DNA from: Escherichia phage EPIMRB01
Sequence record: PQ657784
Direction: 5' to 3' (one strand)
DNA: 64,000 bases
The notes under the pieces were generated by a model, which was not told where the DNA came from, ran no database searches, and saw only the letters and a list, made by a program, of their open reading frames with translations. The stretch's first letter is position 1, and each line of letters opens with the position of its first letter. Of this stretch, positions 49,678 through 58,853 are shown piece after piece. The position numbers and the translations under genes were made by a program.

Positions 49678-50205
49678 TTATGCGAGTACCGTCTTTAACC
49701 GTTCTTCAAATTTCCGAAGAGTGTTCTGGCGTTCAGCTCTTTGCTTTTTGTAAGTTTCAATACGCTCTGAAATGAGAGTGTATCGTTCATTTACTGATTC
49801 TTTCATAAAATCAGGAATTTCACGAGAAGCTTTAATTTCATCAAATTTATCAATAACAGCTTGCTCTTCAGCAATTAAGTTATCATACATCAAAATATCT
49901 TTCTTGATGAACTCAATATCTTCTTGAGTTACACGAGATAATTTAGATGCTTTATCCTTTTTGTACTGTTCGTTAGTATCACGAGACCAGTGTAATGTAC
50001 GATTTTTATTCGTATTCTTATAAATTTCTACAATACCAATCTCATCAATAATAACGATCCAATTCCAACGGGATTTGTAAATTTGTCCTCCATCAACCGC
50101 GATTTCACCACCGATTGAGACATCATTAAAGAACTTGCTTTGAGCTTCAGATTTAAATTTACCATCATTGTAGTTTACTAAGTTGAAAATATCTTTAGCA
50201 TTCAT
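49678..50205 (-). CDS. hypothetical protein
   Basis: 175 aa from ATG at 50205 with GGAGG SD behind cassette promoter. Confidence 0.5.
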   Translation of the reverse strand: MNAKDIFNLVNYNDGKFKSEAQSKFFNDVSIGGEIAVDGGQIYKSRWNWIVIIDEIGIVEIYKNTNKNRTLHWSRDTNEQYKKDKASKLSRVTQEDIEFIKKDILMYDNLIAEEQAVIDKFDEIKASREIPDFMKESVNERYTLISERIETYKKQRAERQNTLRKFEERLKTVLA

Positions 50206-50233
50206 TTTCTGTTCCTCCGTAGTTGATAGTTGT

Positions 50234-50263
50234 ATAGTATCACAGAGGAACAGTCTTGTAAAC
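50234..50263 (-). promoter_or_regulatory. early promoter of cassette type
   Basis: GTTTAC-N18-TACTAT then ACAACTATCAACT leader and GGAGG SD. Confidence 0.55.
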
Positions 50264-50265
50264 AA

Positions 50266-50580
50266 CTAAAAGAAACTTCTTTCACAATTTTTTCCACTGA
50301 ACCACGCGCTCACTGCTTTCTTAGTCTCAGGAGCAGTGTTATCCATAAACCATTCAAAGGCAGCCTTTTTATGATTCTGGAGGGCTTCTCGGGCTTTAAT
50401 CTGCTCACGGTCTATTAACACTAACATATGAGCCTTTCTTGTCACCAAGGGCTTCTTATGATTTTTTGAATACTCCCAATCATTTGTCCATCGCATCGTT
50501 GTTGCGAACTGAAATACTGCTTCTTTAATTTTAGTTTCGTAAATTTCACGAGCCTTTGAGTATAACATCATTACCTCCAT
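50266..50580 (-). CDS. hypothetical protein
   Basis: 104-aa ORF. Confidence 0.45.
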   Translation of the reverse strand: MEVMMLYSKAREIYETKIKEAVFQFATTMRWTNDWEYSKNHKKPLVTRKAHMLVLIDREQIKAREALQNHKKAAFEWFMDNTAPETKKAVSAWFSGKNCERSFF

Positions 50581-50669
50581 TTACCAGTTTAATTCTAGTC
50601 ATCTTTTTGATGGCAGTCCATATAATCTATTTCTGAACTGCCTTTTTATCTTAGAAGGCCTCTTATGAA

Positions 50670-51638
50670 TTATTTCAGAAGAGTAACCTCAGCGATTTCT
50701 TCCCAACCGTTTTTGTCGGTCATAATAAAGTCAGCAAGATAAAGAGCAGTACGCAGTGAAACATTGCGTAAACGATTAACATTGACTTTCATCCATGATA
50801 ATGCTTTATAAGTTTCTTCATCAGAAAGACCGCGCTTTTGCATCATGTCAGTTGAAAGAATAACATCTTCAACCCTGACCATAATTTCTTCATTAGTGTG
50901 AACACCTAAATCTAAATAAACTGAGCGGGACACTAATGCTTGTAAATGTGGAGCAAGTTTAGTACCACGGTCTAATTCGCGGTCAATGTCAACGTTTGTG
51001 ATAAAAACAATCGTTCCTTTAAATTCAAACTCACGCTCAATGCCTTTTTCTTCTAAGTAAGAAGATGCAGTGCTCCAGCAGACTTTACGGGTCTCTCCAG
51101 TGTCCAGAGCAGCTTTCAGAAGATTAAGAATGTCCATATCAGAGAAAACATCCACATCATCAATCAAAAGGACAGAATTCTCTTCACGATTATTCCAAAG
51201 CTGCTCATAAAGACCAATACCAGAGATTTTACCGTTAATGCTTTTATACTCAATGTATCCAATATCATTTGCTTTATTTAAAGCTTTATCTAAAGAATAC
51301 GTTTTACCAATACCTGCTGCACCAGAGATAATTAATGAACGAATGTTTCCGTTAATAATACCATTCGTCATCATTCCCATAACATTAAATCTTTTATTAA
51401 TGCGGGTTTTCATATCTTCATATGATTCTTTAACTTCTTCAACTTTTACACCGTCATATGAAATGTCTGATTTGTAAACCCAAACACCGCGACGTTTACC
51501 GTCAATTTCAACAAAAACTTTACCATCTCCTTGTGCATCTACCGGAGCATTATCAGGGAACCACTCACCTAAGAGTTCAAAAGTTCCAGAGATTTCTTTG
51601 CCAAAGTAGATACCCTTATTGATAGTTACAGTTTTCAT
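50670..51638 (-). CDS. predicted AAA+ / P-loop ATPase
   Basis: 322 aa from ATG at 51638; Walker A SGAAGIGKT and Walker B VLLIDDVD; own early promoter and cassette leader. Confidence 0.6.
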   Translation of the reverse strand: MKTVTINKGIYFGKEISGTFELLGEWFPDNAPVDAQGDGKVFVEIDGKRRGVWVYKSDISYDGVKVEEVKESYEDMKTRINKRFNVMGMMTNGIINGNIRSLIISGAAGIGKTYSLDKALNKANDIGYIEYKSINGKISGIGLYEQLWNNREENSVLLIDDVDVFSDMDILNLLKAALDTGETRKVCWSTASSYLEEKGIEREFEFKGTIVFITNVDIDRELDRGTKLAPHLQALVSRSVYLDLGVHTNEEIMVRVEDVILSTDMMQKRGLSDEETYKALSWMKVNVNRLRNVSLRTALYLADFIMTDKNGWEEIAEVTLLK

Positions 51639-51682
51639 TTTATTCTCCAAATCCGTATCAGTTGATAGTTGTATAGTACCAT
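51632..51682. repeat. 51-bp promoter-leader cassette repeat, copy 2
   Basis: identical to 24947-24997. Confidence 0.8.
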
Positions 51683-51702
51683 AAAGCTTTATGCTTGTAA
51701 AC
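51673..51702 (-). promoter_or_regulatory. early promoter of cassette type upstream of ATPase gene
   Basis: GTTTAC-N18-TACTAT; leader identical over 51 nt to copy at 24947-24997. Confidence 0.55.
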
Positions 51703-51732
51703 CGTTCTGTGAAAAATTTTTGAAATAAAAAA

Positions 51733-51752
51733 AGGGAGCCCGAAGGCTCCCT
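51733..51752 (-). terminator. rho-independent terminator downstream of NTase gene
   Basis: AGGGAGCC-UUCG-GGCUCCCU then UUUUUUUAUUUC. Confidence 0.6.
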
Positions 51753-51753
51753 A

Positions 51754-52767
51754 TCATTTATAATAACTTCGGTGGTTTTCAAGATAGACCTTCTCAAGGA
51801 AGTCATCCCAGAAACTCATATCTACTTTTTGCTGCATACCGTTCTTAGAAGCTTCAGTAGATGCTGCTTCTACTTGATCTACCACATCTTCCAAAAACTC
51901 TTGAACTATTTTAAATGGATGTTTACCCAACTTCACGTCGAGAATAAATGGAGCATCTTGGAGTGGATAAACCAAGTCGCCAGTTTTGTAAATTTCCAAT
52001 AGTTGGAGTCCACCACGACAAGCATGACTTAGTGCTTTCCAATCAATACCTTCATTAGCTTCGGCTTTACGAGCACGTTCACCATATTCAGCATCTAATT
52101 TGTTCAGTGACTGCTTAAGCTCAATAAGAGAAAGCGTTGTCTGATATTTACGACCCAGCACTGTATAGAACGTTTGTGGACCTGTTTTCTCATGATTATG
52201 GAACACCCATTCACAGAATTCGTTTTCTGGAAGACGATGCTTAATATCTTCAATTTTAGTGCGACGTTGTCCTTGTGTTCCATCTTCTCGGTAGACATTC
52301 CGTTGATCAGGAATTTGATTAATTACTTTCAACACATCACGTAATGCAGCTAGACGAGAACCTTTAACACCATATTTAGAGGCTTGCTTGCGGACATATC
52401 CTAAATAGGATTTCATGTTAGTCGTATAAAAACGAGAACGGTTGTCTTGAATAAACTTCCACACATCAGGCAAATCAGATTTAACCACTAGTTCAGGTGG
52501 AGTGTGAAGCATATCCAATGCTACAGTTTCACCATCTGCTGCTAATTTAAAGAAATACTTAAGACTATACAATTCGTGGTCAATATCATCTTTAGTGTTT
52601 TTAGATGATGTGTTGTTGGTATTTTTACTCATGTGCTCTTTGACATTTCCGATAAGAATATCGCGAGCAGGAGGAACAAAGATTTCTTTAAAATCTACAT
52701 CAGATTCTGGGGTAGAAGTTCCATAAAGATGACTACCGAAATAGCTTTTCATTACTGTTTTCATCAT
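51754..52767 (-). CDS. predicted Pol-beta-superfamily nucleotidyltransferase-fold protein
   Basis: 337-aa ORF; N-terminal GS-x9-DVD motif (GSHLYGTSTPESDVD) plus downstream acidic residue (ALDMLH); terminator hairpin right after stop. Confidence 0.55.
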   Translation of the reverse strand: MMKTVMKSYFGSHLYGTSTPESDVDFKEIFVPPARDILIGNVKEHMSKNTNNTSSKNTKDDIDHELYSLKYFFKLAADGETVALDMLHTPPELVVKSDLPDVWKFIQDNRSRFYTTNMKSYLGYVRKQASKYGVKGSRLAALRDVLKVINQIPDQRNVYREDGTQGQRRTKIEDIKHRLPENEFCEWVFHNHEKTGPQTFYTVLGRKYQTTLSLIELKQSLNKLDAEYGERARKAEANEGIDWKALSHACRGGLQLLEIYKTGDLVYPLQDAPFILDVKLGKHPFKIVQEFLEDVVDQVEAASTEASKNGMQQKVDMSFWDDFLEKVYLENHRSYYK

Positions 52768-53225
52768 TCAGCCTTATATTCAATAACAGGACATACTTTA
52801 GCTTTACGAGCTTTTAAAAATTCAACGATAATCGATTTCTTGGGTTGAATAGGAGGTAAACCTTTATTTTTCCTATCAATGTTTTCTACGTGTAAAGCAT
52901 AATCCTTTTTCCATTTATAATCTTTATATTTTTCACGCAAATGTACAGGAATAACAAATGAACCAATAATAAGTAAAACAACCAAAAGCGCAAGTATAAA
53001 TGCTGATGGAAGCAAAGTCCATAAACTACCGAAAATAAGCCATCGTTGTAGGCTTTCTGCACAAATAATTGTTAGCCCTACAAGTATAGCACATCCAAAA
53101 ATAGAAACGAAAAATGTAGGAATGACAATAGACCAAAAATATGCGCATAATGTCTTAGGTCGTTGCCATTCATCGTTAAACAATTTGAATAATTTATAGT
53201 GCCAAGAGTTTTCATTAATAATCAT
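52764..53225 (-). CDS. hypothetical membrane protein
   Basis: 153-aa ORF with several TM segments. Confidence 0.5.
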   Translation of the reverse strand: MIINENSWHYKLFKLFNDEWQRPKTLCAYFWSIVIPTFFVSIFGCAILVGLTIICAESLQRWLIFGSLWTLLPSAFILALLVVLLIIGSFVIPVHLREKYKDYKWKKDYALHVENIDRKNKGLPPIQPKKSIIVEFLKARKAKVCPVIEYKAE

Positions 53226-53227
53226 AA

Positions 53228-53749
53228 TTATCCTTTCATTGAAGGCGTAACGGTTGTTAAATACTTAATCATAGCTTCAGCTTCTGATTTTGATAATGAA
53301 ATTTCTTCACCGTTTTGACGAATAGAAATAAAATCCGGATGACGGTCACCACCAGCTTTTAAAACACACATATAAGTATCAGTTTCGCCTTCAATATTTG
53401 AAATGATTGAAGCAGTTCCGCATGAATGTGGTTTTTGATAAATCAATACAGCTTTTCTTCCACCGTTTGACTGTTCATAGGCTTTTAATACATCAAGCAA
53501 ATCAGTTCTTTTATCAATAGCTAAAATGTTATTTTCATCTTCAATGTTAAATCCTTCGGATACTTCATAAAGCGTTACCCATAAATCACCGATGTCAATA
53601 ACAGCATTTACTTTTCCACGGCTTTCAAGAGTATGACAAATTTTCTTGATTTCGTCATAACTCATTTTAATAATATCATCTCCTTGACTAAGAAAGATGT
53701 CATTTTTAAATTCAACACGAATTAAACCACTTCCACTTGAAATAAACAT
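53228..53749 (-). CDS. hypothetical protein (paralog pair member)
   Basis: 173-aa ORF; C-terminus EAEAMIKYLTTVTPSM resembles next ORF. Confidence 0.5.
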   Translation of the reverse strand: MFISSGSGLIRVEFKNDIFLSQGDDIIKMSYDEIKKICHTLESRGKVNAVIDIGDLWVTLYEVSEGFNIEDENNILAIDKRTDLLDVLKAYEQSNGGRKAVLIYQKPHSCGTASIISNIEGETDTYMCVLKAGGDRHPDFISIRQNGEEISLSKSEAEAMIKYLTTVTPSMKG

Positions 53750-53755
53750 ATTTCC

Positions 53756-54310
53756 TCACTTTGAAATCATAGTTGGAATGACAGAATCAAGATAAGTCTT
53801 TAGCGCAATAGCTTCGTCTTTGGTAAATGTAATGATATGTGATCGAAAATCATCAATTTGACGAATAGATACTACATCTCCCTCTTCATAGCATTTTGAC
53901 ACATTTAAAATAGTTTCATCATTCTGATCGCAAGCGTTAGTAATAATAGCATTGCAATTTTTGAGCCATTTTAAACTATGTTTTCTTTCATTAGAATAAT
54001 AAAAATATTTAATCTTAGCTATAAAACTATCCCAATGGATAACTGATAAACACATTGACTCGCTTTTAATATTAAATCCTGGGCATGAAGAATAAAAATG
54101 AATTTTATGCTCATCATTAATGCTTACAATTTTATCAGTGTAAGCATATTCAATTTGAGTTAAACGAACAATTTCACTAGGTGTAAAATACAGCATATCG
54201 TCTTCTTGCGTCAAACGATACATATTATTTACTTTTTCTATAGCCAATTCACCAAAAAGTGGACTAACTTCTAATACTAATCGTTTCATATTAATCCTTT
54301 TTATTGGCAC
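53756..54310 (-). CDS. hypothetical protein (paralog pair member)
   Basis: 184-aa ORF; C-terminus DEAIALKTYLDSVIPTM. Confidence 0.5.
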   Translation of the reverse strand: MPIKRINMKRLVLEVSPLFGELAIEKVNNMYRLTQEDDMLYFTPSEIVRLTQIEYAYTDKIVSINDEHKIHFYSSCPGFNIKSESMCLSVIHWDSFIAKIKYFYYSNERKHSLKWLKNCNAIITNACDQNDETILNVSKCYEEGDVVSIRQIDDFRSHIITFTKDEAIALKTYLDSVIPTMISK

Positions 54311-54569
54311 GAATTTGTTCTAAAATTTTAGAGTATTCCTTTGTATCAGATTTACGTACAATCGATACACTATACGGCATACTATCGGTGTCTTTTATAA
54401 AGCGTTCCAAATGACATTCTAATAAAATTTCTGGATTATAAATCGTGTACATCAAATTACCTGTTGCTCCACGATATTGACAGATTTCTACTGATTGAAC
54501 ACCATTCCATAATTTTGTTAAGACCAAATCACCTACTTCTAATTTAGGAAAGCCCATGTTATTCACCAA
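54291..54569 (-). CDS. hypothetical protein
   Basis: 92-aa ORF. Confidence 0.45.
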   Translation of the reverse strand: MVNNMGFPKLEVGDLVLTKLWNGVQSVEICQYRGATGNLMYTIYNPEILLECHLERFIKDTDSMPYSVSIVRKSDTKEYSKILEQIRANKKD

Positions 54570-54744
54570 TTAAAGTTTCAATATAAGAATCAAGATTTAC
54601 TTTAGCTTCTTCCATAAGAGTTTTGTATTTAATCTTGTTGGCATGTCCGGAGAAAGCTGATTCATCAATAATTGTTGATGTATGAACAGCTTTACTATAC
54701 GTCTCAATTAATTCTCTTAATTTAAAAGCCTGCTCACTTGTCAT
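54559..54744 (-). CDS. hypothetical protein
   Basis: 61-aa ORF. Confidence 0.4.
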   Translation of the reverse strand: MTSEQAFKLRELIETYSKAVHTSTIIDESAFSGHANKIKYKTLMEEAKVNLDSYIETLIGE

Positions 54745-54876
54745 TACATACTCCTCTGAATCATATCAATAATGTTGTTCACCAAATTATAAGTAAACAT
54801 TGGGTAATTATATTGAATCATCACATACACAACAAACAAAACTTTCATTCTCTTCTCCTTGGCAGTTGACAAGATT

Positions 54877-54906
54877 ACTATACCATAACCTTGCCAACTT
54901 GTAAAC
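54877..54906 (-). promoter_or_regulatory. early promoter
   Basis: GTTTAC-N18-TATAGT. Confidence 0.5.
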
Positions 54907-54908
54907 CA

Positions 54909-55082
54909 TTAAATGACGTTTTCGATAAAATTCTGAAGCTTTGTATGAGCATCAACCATGATTTTCATTTCTTCCTTTGCGAAAGCTGTGCCTCTTTCAC
55001 GAGAAGAACATTCATAGTCAGAAACTGCATTAGCATATTCTTCAATTAGCTTCATTAAAAACATCTGCTTTTCAGTTTTCAT
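54909..55082 (-). CDS. hypothetical small protein
   Basis: 57-aa ORF read by hand with AGGTGG SD. Confidence 0.3.
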   Translation of the reverse strand: MKTEKQMFLMKLIEEYANAVSDYECSSRERGTAFAKEEMKIMVDAHTKLQNFIENVI

Positions 55083-55266
55083 TATTCCACCTAATCATTT
55101 CAAGATATTGAACTAACTTAGCTTTGGATTTATCCAAATCCTTTTTAGCTGTTTCTATACCGTCGTATGAATATCCTTCACAATGCTCAACTGCTAATTG
55201 ATATGAATCTATTTCAACATCACGTGCTAATTTAATGATTTTTTCAAACTGTTCGTGTGTTAGCAT
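55072..55266 (-). CDS. hypothetical protein
   Basis: 64-aa ORF. Confidence 0.4.
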   Translation of the reverse strand: MLTHEQFEKIIKLARDVEIDSYQLAVEHCEGYSYDGIETAKKDLDKSKAKLVQYLEMIRWNNEN

Positions 55267-55268
55267 AC

Positions 55269-55472
55269 TTAAACTCTCGTATTATGATCGATAATTTCAT
55301 CAAGAAACATATCTAACGCTTCTAAAGCATTATCAACTTTAGTTTCAAAGTCTTTAATGCCTTTATTCGAAATACCCGATGAATACCAAGCAAAGTCAAT
55401 CAGCTCTTCATCTGCTTTACGAATTGAAGCCACTAATTCCTTGATTTTATCTGCTTGCTCTATACTAATCAT
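55269..55472 (-). CDS. hypothetical protein
   Basis: 67 aa from ATG at 55472. Confidence 0.4.
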   Translation of the reverse strand: MISIEQADKIKELVASIRKADEELIDFAWYSSGISNKGIKDFETKVDNALEALDMFLDEIIDHNTRV

Positions 55473-55660
55473 TATTCTACCACATATGACAGAGAGAATA
55501 TTGCACACGCCATGTGAGTTGCAACTTCATCACACATATTATAACGTTTCTTAAGAAGTTCTACAAGTTCTTCACTAGTAACTTCATCCATGTCGACGAA
55601 AAAATCACCATTAATGATGACGTAGATATTTCCTTCTTGATTGAGTGCTTCAATTTTCAT
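55472..55660 (-). CDS. hypothetical protein
   Basis: 62 aa from ATG at 55660 behind cassette promoter and GAGGAG SD. Confidence 0.45.
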
Positions 55661-55688
55661 GATGTTCTCCTCTTTATCCGATAGTTGT

Positions 55689-55718
55689 ATAGTATCACAG
55701 CTCAAACGGAAAGTAAAC
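55689..55718 (-). promoter_or_regulatory. early promoter of cassette type
   Basis: GTTTAC-N18-TACTAT then ACAACTATC leader. Confidence 0.55.
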
Positions 55719-55733
55719 CGGTAAAATGAAAAA

Positions 55734-55751
55734 AGTCTCCCGAAGGAGACT
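55734..55751 (-). terminator. rho-independent terminator downstream of rI.-1
   Basis: AGUCUCC-UUCG-GGAGACU then UUUUUUCAUUUU. Confidence 0.6.
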
Positions 55752-55755
55752 AATG

Positions 55756-56142
55756 TTATTCGAGGGAAAGAAGATATTTACTCTGGTAAAACATTCCAGT
55801 AATATCATCTATCGTGCTTTGAATGGCTGGAGGCATTTCTTTATAAATGCTGTTAGATTGGTCTAGTATGCGATCAATCATTTTAATTGTGTCGGTAGGA
55901 AGTTTACTGGCATCTGGAATTGAAGGCGTGTATTTTCTACCAGAATACCCCAAATATTGTTCACCAAATTTATCAATCAAATCTGGCAATTCGGAGAAAA
56001 TAAAATCGTATGCTTTGTGTCTAGCATAACTTTTAGTTTCAAAATGTGCAGAATGAAAATAAGCTTGTGCAGCCATTAATAAACCTAAGTATTCATCTGC
56101 CTTTGAAGGTTTTCCACTTTGTGAAAAGTCGCTGAATTTCAT
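55756..56142 (-). CDS. rI.-1-like protein
   Basis: 128-aa ORF immediately upstream of rI; synteny. Confidence 0.5.
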
Positions 56143-56432
56143 TCAGTCTCCAATTTAATGTTCATAATTCTAGCGTATGATTGTGCCATCTCCGCGCCTC
56201 GTTCTATACATTCAAAATCAGAAGAGCACGGGTCATTTTTATAGGTCGTTCTCATAAAACTATAGAACTGTTCAGATGATTCTACGCTTTTATTTTCAAA
56301 AAGCATATAAACATGTCTAATACCAGATTCCATAAATTTATCAAAATGAGGATCGACATTCGCTTCAATCGATGGTGATAAAGCAAATGACAATCCTAGC
56401 ATGGCAAATAGTGCCGTTGCTTTTAAGGCCAT
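56139..56432 (-). CDS. rI: lysis inhibition regulator RI
   Basis: 97 aa, MALKATALFAMLGLSFALSPSIEA signal-anchor as T4 RI. Confidence 0.9.
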   Translation of the reverse strand: MALKATALFAMLGLSFALSPSIEANVDPHFDKFMESGIRHVYMLFENKSVESSEQFYSFMRTTYKNDPCSSDFECIERGAEMAQSYARIMNIKLETE

Positions 56433-56444
56433 AAAGGCCTCCTA

Positions 56445-56657
56445 TCATTTTTGTCCTGTATTTACTTTATGCCGATGCACGGCCTTAACTTTATCAAGGT
56501 ATTTTTCAAAATTTCGCAATCTAGTATAGTCTGCCGGAGATTGGTTGAGTGATACTTCTCGACGCAAAGCTGAAATGATATTTCCAACTTCCCTACGAAT
56601 TTCATCTAATTGAAGCACAGTAAGATTGCGAAGTTGCTTTTCAGTTAATTGTAGCAT
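56445..56657 (-). CDS. hypothetical protein (rI.1 position)
   Basis: 70-aa ORF. Confidence 0.45.
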
Positions 56658-56699
56658 ATATACCCCTTTAGTTAGATAAACCTATTTATAACTTTTGCA

Positions 56700-57281
56700 C
56701 TAACCGAGCTTTTTAGTTAATTCGTTCCAGTGTTTTCTACACAAAGAAACATAAATTTCATCACCAATACAGATTTGATTACCTTCTTTAACTGGTGTTC
56801 CATCTTCCATTAATCGAGCTGTCATAATCGCTTTTTTGCCGCAATGACAAACTGCCTTTAGTTCAATAAGTTTATCTGCAATCGCTAAAAGTTCTTTAGA
56901 ACCTTCAAACAATTTTCCAGCGAAATCAGTCCTTAATCCATAAGCCATAACAGGAACATTATATGTATCAACAATTCGACTTAATTGATGCACCTGTTCA
57001 GTTTTTAAAAACTGAGCTTCATCTACAAATACGCAATGAATATCTTTTTGTGCTTCAGCCCATTTATAGAACTCGAAAATATCCATATCATCTGTAATAA
57101 TATTCGCTTCCTGCTTAATTCCAATGCGAGAAACAACTTCACAGACAGAATCGCGAGTATCAATAGCAGGCTTAAGAACTAATACACCCATTCCACGTTC
57201 TTTATAATTATGTGCAGCAGTCAAAAGAGAAGCAGATTTTCCAGCATTCATTGCTGCATAAGTAAAAATTAAACTCGCCAT
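56700..57281 (-). CDS. tk: thymidine kinase
   Basis: 193 aa as T4 Tk; P-loop AMNAGKS. Confidence 0.95.
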   Translation of the reverse strand: MASLIFTYAAMNAGKSASLLTAAHNYKERGMGVLVLKPAIDTRDSVCEVVSRIGIKQEANIITDDMDIFEFYKWAEAQKDIHCVFVDEAQFLKTEQVHQLSRIVDTYNVPVMAYGLRTDFAGKLFEGSKELLAIADKLIELKAVCHCGKKAIMTARLMEDGTPVKEGNQICIGDEIYVSLCRKHWNELTKKLG

Positions 57282-57290
57282 ATCACCTTC

Positions 57291-57476
57291 TTAAAGCGTA
57301 TTCACATAAGCTATTAATTCATTTTCTTTCTTATCAAACCGATCAGCAAATTCTTCCTGCTGTTCGGGAGATAGCGGGCCGTATTCATCATAAAAGGTGT
57401 TTGCTTCTGTATGCTCATCTAGAAGTTCATGGATAAGCTCAAACAATTTATCTTTTTGTTCTTTACTCAGACTCAT
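57291..57476 (-). CDS. hypothetical protein
   Basis: 61-aa ORF. Confidence 0.45.
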   Translation of the reverse strand: MSLSKEQKDKLFELIHELLDEHTEANTFYDEYGPLSPEQQEEFADRFDKKENELIAYVNTL

Positions 57477-57646
57477 ATATTAATTTCCAGGAGTTTTAAA
57501 ATAATTCGCTTTTGCTTAAATATTTCCATAGTTAAATGATCAGTATCTTTTTGACCAATTCCAATGGCAAAACCTTTATTAGCAGCGAGTTCAATTAAAT
57601 TATCAAGCTCACGTAACACTTCGTATTGTAACTCAAAACTATTCAT
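57473..57646 (-). CDS. hypothetical small protein
   Basis: 57-aa ORF read by hand; ATGA overlaps at both ends. Confidence 0.35.
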   Translation of the reverse strand: MNSFELQYEVLRELDNLIELAANKGFAIGIGQKDTDHLTMEIFKQKRIILKLLEINI

Positions 57647-57870
57647 TTTGGTTTACCTTCTTTAACGAAATCTGGATAAGGATAAAATCCCGAATAAAAT
57701 CCTTCACCTTTATGATTGATACATCCTTTATTAGAACAATAGCACCAATAATCGAAATCACAAGTCATTTCATCGTTGCATAAAGCAAAAACAACCGGCC
57801 ACTTACACTTTTCACAGTGGGCATTTTTAAGAATACTAGTTTGGCTCATAACCATGTAACCTTTAAGCAA
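57643..57870 (-). CDS. hypothetical Cys-rich protein
   Basis: 75-aa ORF with about nine Cys. Confidence 0.45.
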   Translation of the reverse strand: MLKGYMVMSQTSILKNAHCEKCKWPVVFALCNDEMTCDFDYWCYCSNKGCINHKGEGFYSGFYPYPDFVKEGKPK

Positions 57871-58058
57871 TATTCTTCTACATGTTGTTTACGACCTTTC
57901 TTATCAATAAAGGTATATTCAACGAATGTTCCAATGTAGTCTTTATCTACATCATGTGGACTATTAATTGGGCATTTAGTACGGCAAATGCGTTCCCATT
58001 GACGAATAATTACTGCTTTGTTTTTAGGATCAAACGGATGTGGGTAATGTACTTTCAT
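57846..58058 (-). CDS. hypothetical protein
   Basis: 70-aa ORF. Confidence 0.4.
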   Translation of the reverse strand: MKVHYPHPFDPKNKAVIIRQWERICRTKCPINSPHDVDKDYIGTFVEYTFIDKKGRKQHVEEYCLKVTWL

Positions 58059-58509
58059 AATCCACCACTATTAAATCAATATCAGGAGTAAACATGTCGA
58101 TTAATTTAGAAACCTTATCCCAATCGCCGCCAGCAATACCACAACCTATACGCGGAATGTAAATTACCGGTTTAAACAAAAGGGTTTCTGCCTGTAGATT
58201 TAATTCTATCATGCAGTTTACTAAAGCACCATAATCAAGATTAGGACCTGGTTCGTATTGCGTATACAAGTTATAACATATGCCAAACCCATTAGGTTTA
58301 TGTTTAAAAACAATAGACATATCACCGAGTTTTTCACGCGAACCATATTCAGTTGTGGTCTTATCTATTTCTAAAATTTTGGGATAGGCTCTTGCTAATT
58401 GACCAGCTACACCACTGCCCATTGTATGAAAACAGTTACACCCGTGCGCAATAATATTACCTTCAAGAAAGAGGGCGACAATATCGCCCTTGATATATTT
58501 TACAATCAT
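58030..58509 (-). CDS. macro domain protein (ADP-ribose binding/processing)
   Basis: 159-aa ORF with macro-domain-like motifs (HGCNC, MGSGVAGQLA). Confidence 0.65.
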   Translation of the reverse strand: MIVKYIKGDIVALFLEGNIIAHGCNCFHTMGSGVAGQLARAYPKILEIDKTTTEYGSREKLGDMSIVFKHKPNGFGICYNLYTQYEPGPNLDYGALVNCMIELNLQAETLLFKPVIYIPRIGCGIAGGDWDKVSKLIDMFTPDIDLIVVDYESTLPTSV

Positions 58510-58853
58510 CTAGTACTCAATCCTCGATTATAAGAATCTACTAAACGGTCAACCATTGAATGACAAGCGGCTTTATCTTTTTCCTCCGCAACTGAACATT
58601 CTAGGGTATTCCACTTTTTAGCATATCGTTTTAATAATGTATCGTTTTTGTATCTGCTTGATTTATCTCTTTCTCCGTCTTTATATGCATATATTAATTT
58701 CTGCGCAAATTCAGCTTGGCATGCTTTATTTTTCCCACAATAATCTGCCGCAGTGCGGTTCACATACTCCCTAATTTCAGTATATGATGTATCTGCTGAC
58801 GCATAAGCAGAAAATGAAATTAATCCTATACATAAAACCAAAATTTTAGTCAT
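58506..58853 (-). CDS. hypothetical secreted protein
   Basis: 115-aa ORF with signal peptide. Confidence 0.5.
   Translation of the reverse strand: MTKILVLCIGLISFSAYASADTSYTEIREYVNRTAADYCGKNKACQAEFAQKLIYAYKDGERDKSSRYKNDTLLKRYAKKWNTLECSVAEEKDKAACHSMVDRLVDSYNRGLSTR

Noticed and set aside
50670-51806. Long N-terminal extensions of track ORFs (24717-25142, 49678-50265, 50670-51806, 55472-55705)
   Set aside because: The extensions read through the early promoter and leader cassette and give the same pseudo-peptide (TIQLSTDTDLENK) in unrelated genes; true starts are the ATGs after the GGAG SD.
58506-58853. Assignment as vs (valyl-tRNA synthetase modifier) by position
   Set aside because: The ORF has a clear signal peptide and a Cys-containing secreted-type sequence, inconsistent with a cytoplasmic modifier; left as hypothetical secreted protein.
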